A DNA stretch of 64,000 nucleotides. It comes from Eledone cirrhosa. Its lineage: Eukaryota. Made by a program: the position numbers and the translations under genes. Where the stretch lies: contig OZ024742.1 in NCBI GenBank assembly GCA_964016885.1, forward strand, positions 73,904,001-73,968,000, written 5' to 3'. The notes under the pieces are model-generated. The model did no database searches and had not been told where the DNA came from. It was given only the letters and a program-made list of their open reading frames with translations. Each line of letters starts with the position of its first letter. Position 1 is the first letter of the stretch. Shown here in pieces: positions 40,500-55,700 of this stretch.

Positions 40500-42379
40500 A
40501 AGAGATCACTCACCCTTCGTCTCCTGGGGACCAGGCCGCACGATTTCCATGGGGGTGTTGGAGGGGTTGTCTGGATGGGTGGTGGTTTCCGGTGGGGTGG
40601 GGACGGAGATGTTTGGTGGGGTGGGGTCTGGTGGGATGGGGGTGTCTGGGGTGGGGAGACATTTGAGAAGGACGCGGTTGAGTGGTTTCACGCAGGAATT
40701 CCCCACATCCTTCTCAAATGTTTCTTTTAGGGGCTTATAAGTTTGTATAGGTTCAGTTTTTTGCTATTTTTAATAGAGTGGGCGAAAGTTTTCTCTTCGG
40801 TTTTCACCGAAGGGTCGTTCGTGATGGTCTCCATTAGTGTTTTGTTTTCAGTGTTTATGTAAGTGTAAGTGTAATTTTCTTGTGTTGTGTTTGTTTTTGT
40901 CTGTAGTTCTTGTGTGTGCTTTCGTTTTGTTGTAGGTATTTTGTTTTCAGGAGGTGGGGGTTTTGTTTGTGATGTTTTTGTTGTTTGTGTTGGTGGTTGT
41001 ATGTTTGTGGTAGTGTTTGCTGGTTTTTTGCTTTTGTGATGTCTTTTCTTTCTTTTCGAGCGATGGGGTTCTCCCTCGTCTTCACTGGGTGATGGCGAGA
41101 TAGCCTCATCTGTTGTATCGTCTGTGTGATTGGGGAGGGGTATGTCTTGTGGAGCTGTTGTGTCTGTATGTGATTTTGCAGTGGTTTAAGGTGGAGTGGG
41201 GTTGGGTGGGACTGTGTTTGTTGTGGTTATTTTTGTGTGTTGGTGTTGTTGTTGTTGTGGTGGTGTTGGTGGTTGTGTTGTTTTGATGGGTGTCGGCAGA
41301 AGAGCCTTTTTTTTATTCATTAATTTAGGACAGGAAGCCCTCAGGTGACCCCTGCTAAAGTAATGGTAACATGAAGGCCGCCTACCCTCAACCGAAAAGT
41401 TTATGTAGGTGAGTCCGTCCAGGAGTACACGTTGTGGGATCATAGCTATTCGCTCTAGGCTCATTTGCACCAGAACTTCAATGCTAGTCCCATTGAATAC
41501 ATCTCTGGGGGACTTTCCTACTGACAGTATTCTGTCTTCATCAAAATTGATGAAGCCGCACAGTATCCACAATATGTTCACCTTTGGTGTGATACTCGTG
41601 ATTCTGATCTTTTGTGTCCTTTTTCCCATGTATGTAGGGAAAAAGGTGTACAGGTTGGATACAATTGGCGACACAGAGTAATTTTGGGCCGTCAATTGAT
41701 ACTTCATGAGTACCGAAATACTCCCAAAAAGTTTGCTTCTTTCAATGAATGCAATATCATTCATTGGATTTTTGAAAACCAGTCAATTTCTTTCTGTGAC
41801 AATTGGACTGGTTTTCGGGTAGAATTGGAAACTGTCCTAAAAACTATCGTTTTGAGAGCAGTTTCCTTGCGAATTTATACCGGAGAATTAATGCTGAAAG
41901 CACCATTTTTTTCGAAAGTGACATATCTCCTCGCGTCCTTTAAAAGTTGTTCAGCATTTGTTATGTCGAGATATATCAATTCTTCCTTTTTTTTAACTTT
42001 CTCTGCAAAGGAGATTTTTGGTTTCTTTGTGGAATCCGTGTTGTTGGTGTTGTCATTATTGTTGTTATTGTTGTTGTTATTCTTGTTGTCACCGATGTTG
42101 GCATTATTCGTCTTTGATGCTGGTGTTATTGGTGTTGTCTTTATTTTTTTCTTTGTTGTTGTTATCATTGTTGCTTTTATCATCATTATTGGTGTTGCTG
42201 TTATTTTTGTTGTCATTGAATTGTTTGGTGTCATTTGTGTTGTTTGGATATGAATTCGTTTTTACATTTTCATTTCGTCTTTCCATCTCTATAGTATCTA
42301 GTGAAGAAGACGTTGTTGACTGCGAGCTTTGTAGTCTTATCGCCTCTCCACCACCATTATCGTTGGACGCAGCGTTCAT
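40500..42379 (-). pseudogene. ORF1 gag-like protein (Asn-rich N-terminus, degenerate zinc knuckle, Pro/Thr/Gln-rich tail), disrupted
   Basis: VEGRRPSCYHYFSRGHLRASC (CCHC with C>Y); located upstream of ORF2. Confidence 0.75.
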
Positions 42380-42597
42380 AACGTAATCAAAATTTTACAA
42401 TATTTTTTCCAAGATTCGATGGAGAAAACATTTTTTAAATGGATATTCCGCCCCTGTAGGGGCGAAAATGAGTTGACCCACCACCTGAAGGTCCAGACGG
42501 GGGGTCAAGTTACACAATGATATAAAATTTAACTAAAAACTCGCGTTTTTTTCTTACATAAATTAACGGAAACTTCTCCACGAAGTTACACACGTCT

Positions 42598-42692
<95 letters not shown>

Positions 42693-42874
42693 CAAAGTGA
42701 TAATAATTTTGTGGATATATGTTTGATAATGATTTTTAAAAATGCGGAAGAAAATTATTGTATTTAATTTCAATCTATGTGAAATCAACTACAGCGATGA
42801 TCGAAGTGAAAAGAGGATGAAGGTTGGTGAAACCAAGCATTTTTACATAGAATGCTGTAGTCAAGGTATTATTG

Positions 42875-43200
42875 CACCCTTTTCCGATCTGAGTTCAAAT
42901 CTTGCCGAGGTTAGCTTTGCCTTTCATCCTTAAGGGGTAGGTAAAATAAAGTACCAGTAATGCACTGGAGTCGATTTAATTGACTTTCCCTCCACCCAAA
43001 ATTGCTGGCCATGTGGCTATAGTAGAAATCATTATTGCGCCCTTTTACGATCTGAGTTCAAATCCTGCCGAGGTTAGCTTTGCCTTTCAGTTTTACGGGG
43101 TTGATAACATAAAGTACCAGCAATGTATTGGGGTCGACCTAATTGACTTTACTCTCCCCTGAAATTGTTTGCCTTGTGCCTAAAATCACAAGCCATTATT
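42875..43200 (+). mobile_element. Two tandem 5'-truncated SINE family A copies
   Basis: gatctgagttcaaatc..gccgaggttagctttgcctttca occurs twice. Confidence 0.8.
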
Positions 43201-43454
43201 AAACTAATTAATTTTGACTATAATTTCCGTCATTTTTACGGCTACTATACTAGTATATATACGCTAGTATGTTTACTCCTTTGTGATGATGATGTGAGAA
43301 TGTTTGAACTATTTCATATGTCAGCAGGGCTTTGAGGAAACAACACCAATAACCTGCCCGTGACATATTACTGGATGGAGACTAAGAGTAATATTTTTGA
43401 TTTTAGTTTTCATTCATGTAATTTTTATTCCTGTAATTTTCTGTTCACGTAATA

Positions 43455-43513
43455 GCTTTCTGATGAGGTCGTGACTGTTACATAACACTCGCCATCGAAA
43501 TACCTATAACAGC
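43455..43513 (+). ncRNA. Hammerhead ribozyme, diverged
   Basis: gcttt-CTGATGA-ggtcgtgactgtta ca taacactcgccatc-GAAA-taccta-TA-acagc: stem II 12/14 bp. Confidence 0.7.
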
Positions 43514-43744
43514 AATTATGTAATCAATAAGGTAAATCCTAACTTACTGACTTCTACTTCATTGTTATAACAATACTCCGGAGTACACAGACCTACATAT
43601 ATTCTGCACCGAGTGCTCTATTCTGTGTACACTAGTATCAGTTGATTAATTAACACAAAATATACCAAGCAGTAACTCATTACGATACTTACTTTACTTT
43701 CTTAAGTATCGAGTACTACTAATCTAAACTGGTAACTTCCAGTA

Positions 43745-43799
<55 letters not shown>

Positions 43800-44063
43800 C
43801 TTAATACATTAACAGAGAAAGCTTTTAGCGATACTCTGACCAACTCCATCTCACTCAACAAACATTAGGATATACCTGAGTATAATCCCAATTATGTGTT
43901 TGGGGTGGTAACTATATAGTATTCCGTGGATAGTTGATATATATATATAAATATATGCGAGCGAGGCAGGGTCTCCCGACCAATCCCGCATCAAATGGAA
44001 CAAAACCGTCTAACCGATGCTAGCGTGGAAGATGGACGTTAAACGGTGATGATGATGATGATG

Positions 44064-44097
<34 letters not shown>

Positions 44098-44289
44098 ATG
44101 TGTGTGTGTGTGATATTTAAAATGCTCTGCTTATAATACGATTGTTAAACTATCCTTCTTCCCATCTAATTGCATGGCTCGCTAGTCTCGCAACCTATAT
44201 GCATTGAGCACACTAACCTTCTCTCTACCGGCTTGTAATCTCCATAACTAATCACTTTTCTCTTCTCCTGATTAGCTTCCTTGCTTTTA

Positions 44290-44360
<71 letters not shown>

Positions 44361-44364
<4 letters not shown>

Positions 44365-45040
44365 ATGCTTTGGGAGGGTCATGTTGCCAATAAGAAACAC
44401 ACGCACCAGTTGCTTTCACTCCAATTTATTATAAATTAGATTTATAAATTTATAAATTTCGGTTGGTTGGTTGGTTCCATAACGGGACGGTTGTTCATAT
44501 ATTGTCAAAGTTCTTTCGTCACACATTCTGTGACCTCTTCAGTGACTGGGGATTCTTTTCTTTGTTTTGTGCCTCTCCTTTGTTCTGTCCTACGCCATCT
44601 TGTTTTTGTATGTGTTGTGTGCTTAGTTTGCGCATGTGTTAGATCCGGGTGTCTGTGTGTGTTTTTATTTGTTTATTTATTTGTTTGTTTGTACAAATAA
44701 ATAAACAAATAAAAACACACACAGACACCCGGATGTAACACATGCGCAAACTAAGCACACAACACACACAAAAACAAGATGGCGTAGGACAGAACAAAGG
44801 AGAGGCATAAAACAAAGAAAAGAATCCCCAGTCAATGAAGAGGTCACAGAATGTGTGACGAAAGAACTTTGACAATATATGAACAACCGTCCGGTTATGG
44901 AACCAACCAACCGAAATTTATAAATTTATAAATTTAATTTATAATAAATTGGAGTGAAAGCTACTGGTGCGTGTGTTTCTTATTGGCAACATGACCCTCC
45001 CAAAGCATAACGATATCGGTTTCAACACACGTTTTCAGAT
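44361..45040. mobile_element. Near-perfect ~650-bp palindrome of a PLE pLTR (related to 13015-13290 and 32907-33043)
   Basis: 44362-~44690 is the reverse complement of ~44692-45011. Shares gggagggtcat..gcc and gaaagaactttga motifs with the PLE end at 13 kb. Confidence 0.88.
44504..44546 (-). ncRNA. Hammerhead ribozyme (plus-strand twin 44831-44873 has core AUGAAGA)
   Basis: gtca-CTGAAGA-g-gtcaca gaatg tgtgac-GAAA-gaac-TT-tgac. Confidence 0.72.
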
Positions 45041-45490
45041 AAAGAATCTTGCTAAATAAATTCAGAAACGAAGTATATATATATATATATGTGTGTGTGT
45101 ATGTATATATATATAATCTAAAGACTGTGCACAGTCATTTATACCTGCCATGTATCCGTAGTAAGTGGATGTATATCATTTAAGTATATATTTTATATAT
45201 TCATATGCACATGACATATGTCTATAAACTACTCCCGAGTCCCAAATAATGGGGGGGGGGGGGGTAAAAGCGGTGGAGGTGGAAATTCGATAATTTTTCT
45301 AGGTTGTCTCCTTTGATTATTTTAAAACACCAGAATTAGTCGTTTAGTTTACATATTGAGACCCCAGCCCATCCTATTTATTTTATAACGTATGAGATTT
45401 CTTGTAATGTTTTTTTTGTTGTTGTTGTTTTTTTGTCATGTTTTTTTTGTCATGTTCTTGTTGTTTTTTTAATGTCTAAAGAAAATTAAT

Positions 45491-45673
45491 TGTTTCTATT
45501 TTTGGCACAAGGCCAGCAATTACCCAGTACATTACTGGTACTTTATTTTATCGACCCCGTAAGGATGAAAGGCAAAGTTAACCTCGGCAGAATTTGAACT
45601 CAGATCATAAAGGGACGTATCTCTATGCTTCAAAGCATGGTGTCCGACTTTCTACCGATACTGCCAATCCACC
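45491..45673 (-). mobile_element. SINE family A with 11-bp TSD
   Basis: agaaaattaat at 45480 and 45674. Confidence 0.85.
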
Positions 45674-46160
45674 AGAAAATTAATGGTCGCAGGAATGTTA
45701 TCACTTAAAATAAAATTTCGTCGGAGATAGATTAGCAAAATCTATTAAGGGGAGGAGAGTGGAAAAAATCTGAAAAATTAACAAGCTATACGTTGTCATA
45801 TGTCAACATTGTATATATATGTAAGTACACGTGTGTTCAGGATTTCACTTGTGCCAGTATCTATATGAGCACATGCACACATCAGCTACAGTTTTATTTT
45901 TGCACACACGCGCGCATGTATATGTATATCGACAGTTGATTGACTTTCTTCAAATCGGACCGAGGAAACAATGTTTCCATTGGTCTTTCCAATTACTAAT
46001 ACTATCTATCGGTCGCAACTCCAAGTAGAAGGAACAACGTGAAATAAAGTGTCTTGCTCAAAGACATAATGCATCGCCCGGTCCAGGAATCGAACTCACA
46101 ACCTCACAATTGCGAATCCAATACTCTAACCTCTCGGGCGCGCTTTCATTTTAATATGTG

Positions 46161-46286
<126 letters not shown>

Positions 46287-46657
46287 AAAATATTCCAGAC
46301 CCCGACGGCAGAGCTCAAGCCGTTTCGACGGCTATTTCTGGACTCAGAGCTTGAGCTCTGCCGTCGGGGTCTTGAATATTTTCCTATTACCTACTCTACT
46401 ACCCTCAGTATTGAGTACTCTGGTGCGTTATGGTCCATCTGGTTCCTTACCACACTTCCTTCGTTATATATATATACAAATGGAAGTTCAGCAGAATCGA
46501 AGCTCTGGCTGCTAACGAATGCAATCGGAATGTGCAGCTAAGCACTCAATAAGGTATTTTACCTTAGAGTAATAACATTACGTTTAGACAGCTTGGCAAA
46601 TTGAAGATAGCGACCGGTAAGCTAGCCACAGGGACCAAAGCAACGAGAAAACGAACT

Positions 46658-46745
<88 letters not shown>

Positions 46746-46993
46746 TAAAAGGAAAAGAAAATGCTGACAAATTTTTCCCAGTGAAAAATAGTTTAATTAG
46801 GAATAAGTATAAATTAGTGATAAGTATTGGTTAGTATTCAGTTTTAGTTTTAAGTTTTTACCGGTTGCGCATTTCTAATGCTTTTCCAAAATAATTTTGA
46901 GATAGAGCGCCGTGATGTTTGCTCTAATTGGATTAGAGCAAACATCACGAGCTCTCTATCTCAAAATTATTTTTGAAAAGCATTAGGGGCACT

Positions 46994-47071
<78 letters not shown>

Positions 47072-47939
47072 CCCTAGCGACGGGAAAAAAGAGGGCAGAG
47101 GAACCTCTGTCTACATTTCCTCAACTATTATGTATAGTAATCGATTATAATTATGCATTGGGGGAGGGCACACATTCCGTCTTCTTTTCTTCTTCTTTGC
47201 CCACTTATTCCTGAGAGGGCCGTGGAGGGCAGAGTCTTCAAACATGCCTTCCAGAGGGTCCTGTCAGAAGCAACCATCTCCGATTGATCCGGATGGATCC
47301 TCAAGGCATCCCTGGGTCTCCTGTTGGTTGGTTTTGCCCATAAAATCTGTCCAGCAGTCTTTTCCTGAGACACTCTAACCACATGCCCATAGTATCAGAG
47401 CTGTGATCTTTCAATTCGGAGAAGTAGCAGCTCTACCAGGAGTGACTCTCTGATCTCCAAGCTACGCACTCTATCCAGTAACGTTACTCCAAAAACCCTT
47501 CAGAGGAACACTATTTCGGTCTCTTGTATTCACGATCGTATTCTTTCGGTCATTATCCAAAATTCAGGGTCATAAGTAACGGTTGGCACGCATTTCAAAT
47601 TTCAAATTTTCCCAATAGTTTTCAAATCAACCGATTTGAATTGTATTCGCAATCGTAAGGTTGTGAATTCGATTCCTCGACCAGGCGATGCAAACACGTA
47701 CGCACACACACACTTATATATATATATATATATATATAATCATATATATATATATATATATATAATCATATATATATATATATATATATAATCATGTATG
47801 TCCCAGTACAAACATAGGCACGTTTACAAGCATGCACACGCACAAATACACATACACATATATATACACTAACACGTACATATATACATTTATATACTTT
47901 CATGTACATACATATATACATATATATGTATATATATAT

Positions 47940-47998
<59 letters not shown>

Positions 47999-48243
47999 AG
48001 GAACGATCGACTTTCGTCAAATCGGACCGAGGAAACAATGTTCCCGTTGGTCTATCCAATTGCTAATACTATCTATCGGTCGCAACTCCAAGTAGAAGGA
48101 GCAACGTGAAATAAAGTGCCTTGCTCAAAGACATAACGCATCGCCTGGTCGAAGAATCGAACTCACAACCTTACGATTGCGAATACAATTCTCTAACCAC
48201 TGAGCCACACGCCTTCACATATATACATATATATACATATACA

Positions 48244-48349
<106 letters not shown>

Positions 48350-48419
48350 CACATATTCTTATATATATATATATATATATATTACCTAAAAAATATATAT
48401 ATATATTACCTAAAAAAAA

Positions 48420-50156
48420 TTTTTATATCCTAGAGAAGAGCTTCCCGCCAAGCCACAAGTACCATCAAATTTTAAATAGATCAACGGTTAAATTCTCCTA
48501 CTCAACAACCAAAAACATAAAACAAAATATAAGTGCCTATAATGCATATAAATGTAAAAAAACCATGAGTATACCACCAATACATCAAACTAACCATAAT
48601 ATCTCCTCTGATACAGGATTCACGAAAAGTTGTAACTGTAGAAACAAAGCAAATTGCCCATTAAAAGGAAATTGTCTTGTTAATAACATAGTATATAAAT
48701 GTAAAGTTAACACTAAGGACTCAATTTATTCATATATAGGAGTTACCTCTAACCAATTTAAAGTAAGATTTAATACCCACAAACACAGTTTTTAAAATGC
48801 CGCATTAGCTAATACAACATCTTTAGCTGAAATTATTAATAATTATAGAAAGAGGAATATAGATTATGACCTGACCTGGAGTGTGCTCAAAAGGGCCACC
48901 CCTTATCAAAATAATAGATATGAATGTAAATTGTGTTCCCAAGAACTTTTTGAAATAATGGAATCTAAGGATATCCTATTAAATAAGCGACAGGAATTAA
49001 TAATATCGTGTAATCATAAACTGAGAAAAACCTTTAAATATTATAAACCTAATTAATATGCACTTTAGAAATTATTATAATAACATTTTTTTAAATTTAG
49101 TTAACCTATAATTAATATTCTACTACTAATGAACTACATAATTTTATTTCCCTTTTACAACTATCTTTTCCTAAAATTGATACCATTAAGTATACATATA
49201 TACTATTTTAATTTCAGGTTATGATTCTATGTTCCTTGTAATCTCTATATATTTGTTATTTCTCACTAATAAATTTGCCCCCCCCCCCTCCCCCAATAAT
49301 TATATATTTATATATATATATATATTTTTTTTTATTTCCCCTCGTTTTTAACAGCACTTTTCAATTACATCTAACTCTTATCTATCATATCTATATGCAT
49401 TAATATAATTTTATCAATATAAATATACCTATCAATTTAATTAATTTATTTTCTTTTCATAGATGTAAATTCCATATATATTTTTTTCACTAACACTTTT
49501 ATCGTAAAATTTTAGTCTCCTTAGATATTTACATTGGCATTATTCTTTTATAACAGGAATTTTTCGTGTACCTTTTACCGACCTGACCTATTTTCACCCC
49601 TAAAATAACCTTTTCATTCATCATACTCCTTCCATTCAAAACTGAAATCTGCCTTCTTCTACCCCTAAATTAAAGTTCCATTACTACTATTTTACCTTTT
49701 AGCCAGTTATTACCTTTCTATTGGTCAATTCAAAACCTGTTCCCAAACAGACCTATTATATTAAATTTTTGTTGGGTTTATTCAATGAACAAATATAATT
49801 ATTTCTGAAGACAGCATATGACCTATTTTCATCCCTAAAATAATCTTTCATTCATAATATTCTTTCCATCCAAAACTGAAATCTACCTTCCTCTACCCCT
49901 AAATTAAGGTTCTATTACTACTATTTTACCATCTTGACCTTCACTATCTTTCTATTGGTCAATTCAAAACCTGTTCCCAAACAGACCTATTGTATTAAAT
50001 CTTTGTTGGTTTTTTCAATAAACAAATATCATTATTTCTGAAGACAGCATATATATGTGTAGGTATGTATATTCCTTCTGATAGTTTGTAAAAATTTTAC
50101 ATAGATTTATATGATATGCATACCAACACTAACATATATATCCTAGAAACGATCGT

Positions 50157-50162
<6 letters not shown>
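48420..50162 (+). mobile_element. 5'-truncated Penelope-like element (Cys-rich linker + GIY-YIG + AT-rich 3' UTR + hammerhead)
   Basis: HKYHQILNRSTVKFSYSTT..CNCRNKANCPLKGNCL..IVYKC..YIGVTSNQFKVRFNTHKHSF. Tandem duplication of ~234 bp at 49585-50052. Confidence 0.88.
50033..50162 (+). ncRNA. Type I hammerhead ribozyme with ~100-nt stem II
   Basis: tattt-CTGAAGA-[atatatatgt..ggtatgtatat...atatgcatacc..acatatatat]-GAAA-cgatcg-TA-aaata. Confidence 0.75.
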
Positions 50163-51199
<1,037 letters not shown>

Positions 51200-51647
51200 C
51201 ATATACACATAGACACATTCACCCATTTAGGTTTCAGGTATTTCAAATTTGTTGCGAGATCAGTTTCCTCCAATCTCTGACATCAACAAACGTGGAGCAG
51301 CAATAAGCAGTGAATGTTACTTCTCACTTGCAATGTTTGGCGTCGGTTTATGCAAAATAACACTTCAAAAGCCATCAATTTCCCTCCTCCCTTCAGCCCC
51401 TTCTTACTTTTTACCCAACATCCCAACCGTTCCCCTCTACCCACAGTAACATATGGAATTTACCAAAATATCTCAGATGCACATTTGTTTTTTTTGTTTT
51501 TTGCTTTTGTTGTTGTTTTTTTTTTGTTTTTGTTTTTTTTACTGCCAATTATTCATGACTGGAAATATTGAATTACTGCAACCCCTTACTGTAGACCCTA
51601 AATTACTACATCCTGTCTCTCCCTCCCTCTCTTTCTCTCTCTCTCTC

Positions 51648-51724
<77 letters not shown>

Positions 51725-51795
51725 GTGTACGTGTGTGTGTGTGTGTGTGAATACATACATATACATACATAGACATATACATATATATATATATC

Positions 51796-51872
<77 letters not shown>

Positions 51873-52789
51873 TTATCTCTCTATCTCTCTATCTCTACAT
51901 CTTATCTCTGCACCCATCCTATTCCGGCTCTGTTCTCAGTTCTACATTGGCCCACATAAAATGTCAGTTTTAAAACTTTCCCAATGTCAAACATCTGAAA
52001 TGGATTTTATTTATTATTATTTTTTTCTTCTTCTGTTTCATATTTATTGTTTAGTTAACAGCCAAGTTGTTAGGATTGTGTAAATATTGGTGAGAATTAC
52101 ATTCGCTTTATTGCCGCACGCTGGTTATTTAAAGGAACAGATTAATTTTAGGAACTACAAACTTAAAATGGTTCTTTGTTAATGAAGGGACTTCTTGTGT
52201 GATGCAACTAAAAAGTATCATGACTACAAACAAACTAATGACTCCTTAGGTGTAATGTTTCTGCCAGTTTGTAAGACAGGATTCCGTCAAATCACTTCAG
52301 CAACTTAATGCATTGTTCAAATCATTCGTAGAAATACATAGTAGCTTTATGCAGACATTTTAATTTCACCATTTCCACGTGTATTTTTGTAACCCCAGAC
52401 CTGATAACTCTCCCCGTCGGACGAGGAGATCTCCCACCCACCCCAAAGTGGGGGAGAGATGTCCTCTCTTGTGAAAATAGGTATAGCTTTCATTATGTAA
52501 AATCTGACCATTTTGCCTCATTTCTCCACGTTTTGGGGCACTGTTTTTCATGGTACTCCCCGTTTGGGTTTTTAGAGGTTGACAAGTGTGGTTATGCTCT
52601 AAACACCTGAGGAATTAATGAGAAGGCTAGTTATATTACTAAATCTCTCCAAATATTTGATTATTTTTAAGACTATTTGAAGGTCATAGACTGTGTCTTT
52701 CATTAGGAGCGAAAGGGTTAAAGCCAACACTAACAATTTATTTAAACTAGAAGTAACAGTTATAAACTACATTGCCGCAGTTACCAGTC

Positions 52790-55700
52790 ACGAGGTACAC
52801 TGACCAACTAACGGCAACACAACCGTACCTCCCCTCTCTAATCCCAGACATCACAACTAATGGCAACACAACAGCACCCCTCCCTTATACCAGACATCAC
52901 AACTAACGGCAACACAACACCCCCTCCTTATACCAGACATCACAACTAGAGGCAACACAACACCCCCTCCTTATACCAGACATCACAACTAACGGCAACG
53001 CAACACTACCTTCCCTCTCTTATACCAGACATCACAACTAACGGGAACACAACAGAAACTCTTCCTTTATACCAGACATCACAACTAACGGCAACACAAC
53101 AGTACCTCTGTTATACCAGACATCACAGTACCTCCCCTCTCTTATTCCAGACATCACAACTAACAGCTATACAACAGTACCTCTCTTTTCCTAGACGTCA
53201 CAACTAATAACTATACAACAGTACCTCTCTTGTCCCAGACATCACAACTAACAACTATACAACAGTACCTCCCCTCTCTTATTCCAAACATCACAACTAA
53301 CGACTATACAACACTACCTCTGTTATTCCACACATCACAACTAATAACTATACAACAGTACCTCTCTTATCCCAGACATCACAACTAACAACTATACAAC
53401 AGTACCTCCCCTCTCTTATCCCAGACATCACAACTAACAGCCATACAACAGTACCTCTCTTATCCCAGACATCACAACTAACAACTATACAACAATACCT
53501 CCCCTCTCTTATCCCAGACATCACAACTAACAACTATAAAACAGTACCTCTCTTATTCCAGACATCACAACTAACAACTATACAACAGTACCTCTCTTAT
53601 TCCAGACATCACAGACTAACAACTATACAACAGTACCTCTCTTATCCCAGACATCACAACTAACAGCTATACAACACTACCTCCCCTCTCTTATCCCAGA
53701 CATCACAACTAACAACTATACAACAGTACCTCTCTTATTCCAGACATCACAACTAACAACTATACAACAGTACCTCTCTTATTCCAGACATCACAACTAA
53801 CAACTATACAACAGTACCTCCCCTCTCTTATCCCAGACATCACAACTAACAACTATACAACAGTACCTCTCTTCTTCCAGACATCACAACTAACAACTAT
53901 ACAACAGTACCTCTCTTATCCAAGAGATCACAACTAACAACTATACAACAGTACCTCTCTTATCCCAGACATCACAAGTAACAACTATACAACAGTACCT
54001 CTCTTATCCCAGACATCACAACTAACAGCTATACAACAGTACCTCTCTTATCCAAGACATCACAACTAACAACTATACAACACTACCACCCCTCTCTTAT
54101 TCCAGACATCACAACTAACAACTATACAACAGTCCCTCTCTAATTCCAGACATCACAACTAACAGCTATACAACACTACCTCCCTTATCTTATCCCAGAC
54201 ATCACAACTAACAACTATACAACAGTACCTCTCTTATTCCAGACATCACAACTAACAACTATACAACACTACCTCTGTTATTCCAGACATCACAACTAAC
54301 AGCTATACAACACTACCTCTCTTATCCCAGACATCACAACTAACAACTATACAACACTACCTCTCTTATTCCAGACATCACAACTAACAGCTATACAACA
54401 CTACCTCTCTTATTCCAGACATCACAATAACAGCTATATAACAGTACCTCTCTTATTCCAGACATCACACTAACAGCTATACAACAGTACCTCCCTTATC
54501 CCAGACATCACAAATAACAGCTATACAACACTACCTCCCCTGTCTTTTTCCAGACATCACAACTAACAACTATAAAACAGTACCTCTCTTATCCCAGACA
54601 TCACAACTAACAGCTATACAACACTACCTCCCCTCTCTTATCCCAGACATCACACCTAACAACTACACAACAGTACCTCTCTTATTCCAGACATCACACC
54701 TAACAGCTATACAACACTACCTCCCCTCTCTTATCACAGACATCACAATTAACAGCTATACAACAGTACCTCGCTTATTCCAGACATCACAACTAACAGC
54801 TATACAACAGTACCTCTCTTATTCCAGACATCACAACTAACAGCTATACAACAGTACCTCTCTTATTCCAGACATCACAACTAACAACTAAACAACAGTA
54901 CCTCTCTTATTCCAGACATCACAACTAACAACTATACAACAGTACTTCTCTTATTCCAGACATCACAACTAACAGCTATACAACAGTACCTCCCCTCTCT
55001 TATCCCAGACATCACAACTAACAACTATACAACAGTACCTCTCTTATCCCAGACATCACAACTAACAGCTATACAACACTACCTCTCTTATTCCAGACAT
55101 CACAACTAACAACTATACAACAGTACCTCTCTTATCCCAGACATCACAACTAATAACTATACAACAGTACCTCTCTTATTCCAGTCTTCACAGCTAAGGG
55201 CTATACAACAGTACCGCTTTTATTCCAGACATCACAACTAACAACTATACAACAGTACCTCTCTTATCCCAGACATCACAACTAACAACTATACAACAGT
55301 ACCTCTCTTATCCCAGACATCACAACTAACAACTATACAACAGTACCTCTCTTATTCCAGACATCACAACTAACAACTATACAACAGTACCTCTCTTATT
55401 CCAGACATCACAACTAACAGCTATATAACACTACCTCCCCTCGCTTATCCCAGACATCACAATTAACAACTATACAACAGTACCTCTCTTATCCCAGACA
55501 TCACAACTAACAACTATACAACAGTACCTCTCTTATCCCAGACATCACAACTAACAACTATACAACAGTACCTCTCTTATTCCAGACATCACAACTAACA
55601 ACTATACAACAGTACCTCTCTTATTCCAGACATCACAACTAACAGCTATATAACACTACCTCCCCTCGCTTATCCCAGACATCACAATTAACAACTATAC

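Larger units (their letters stand above)
36845..42597 (-). mobile_element. Near full-length Tx1/L1-clade non-LTR retrotransposon inserted in (GATA)n
   Basis: ORF1 plus APE-RT-zinc finger ORF2. AATAAA lies just before the (TATC)n at the 3' end; (GATA)n on both sides. Confidence 0.92.
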
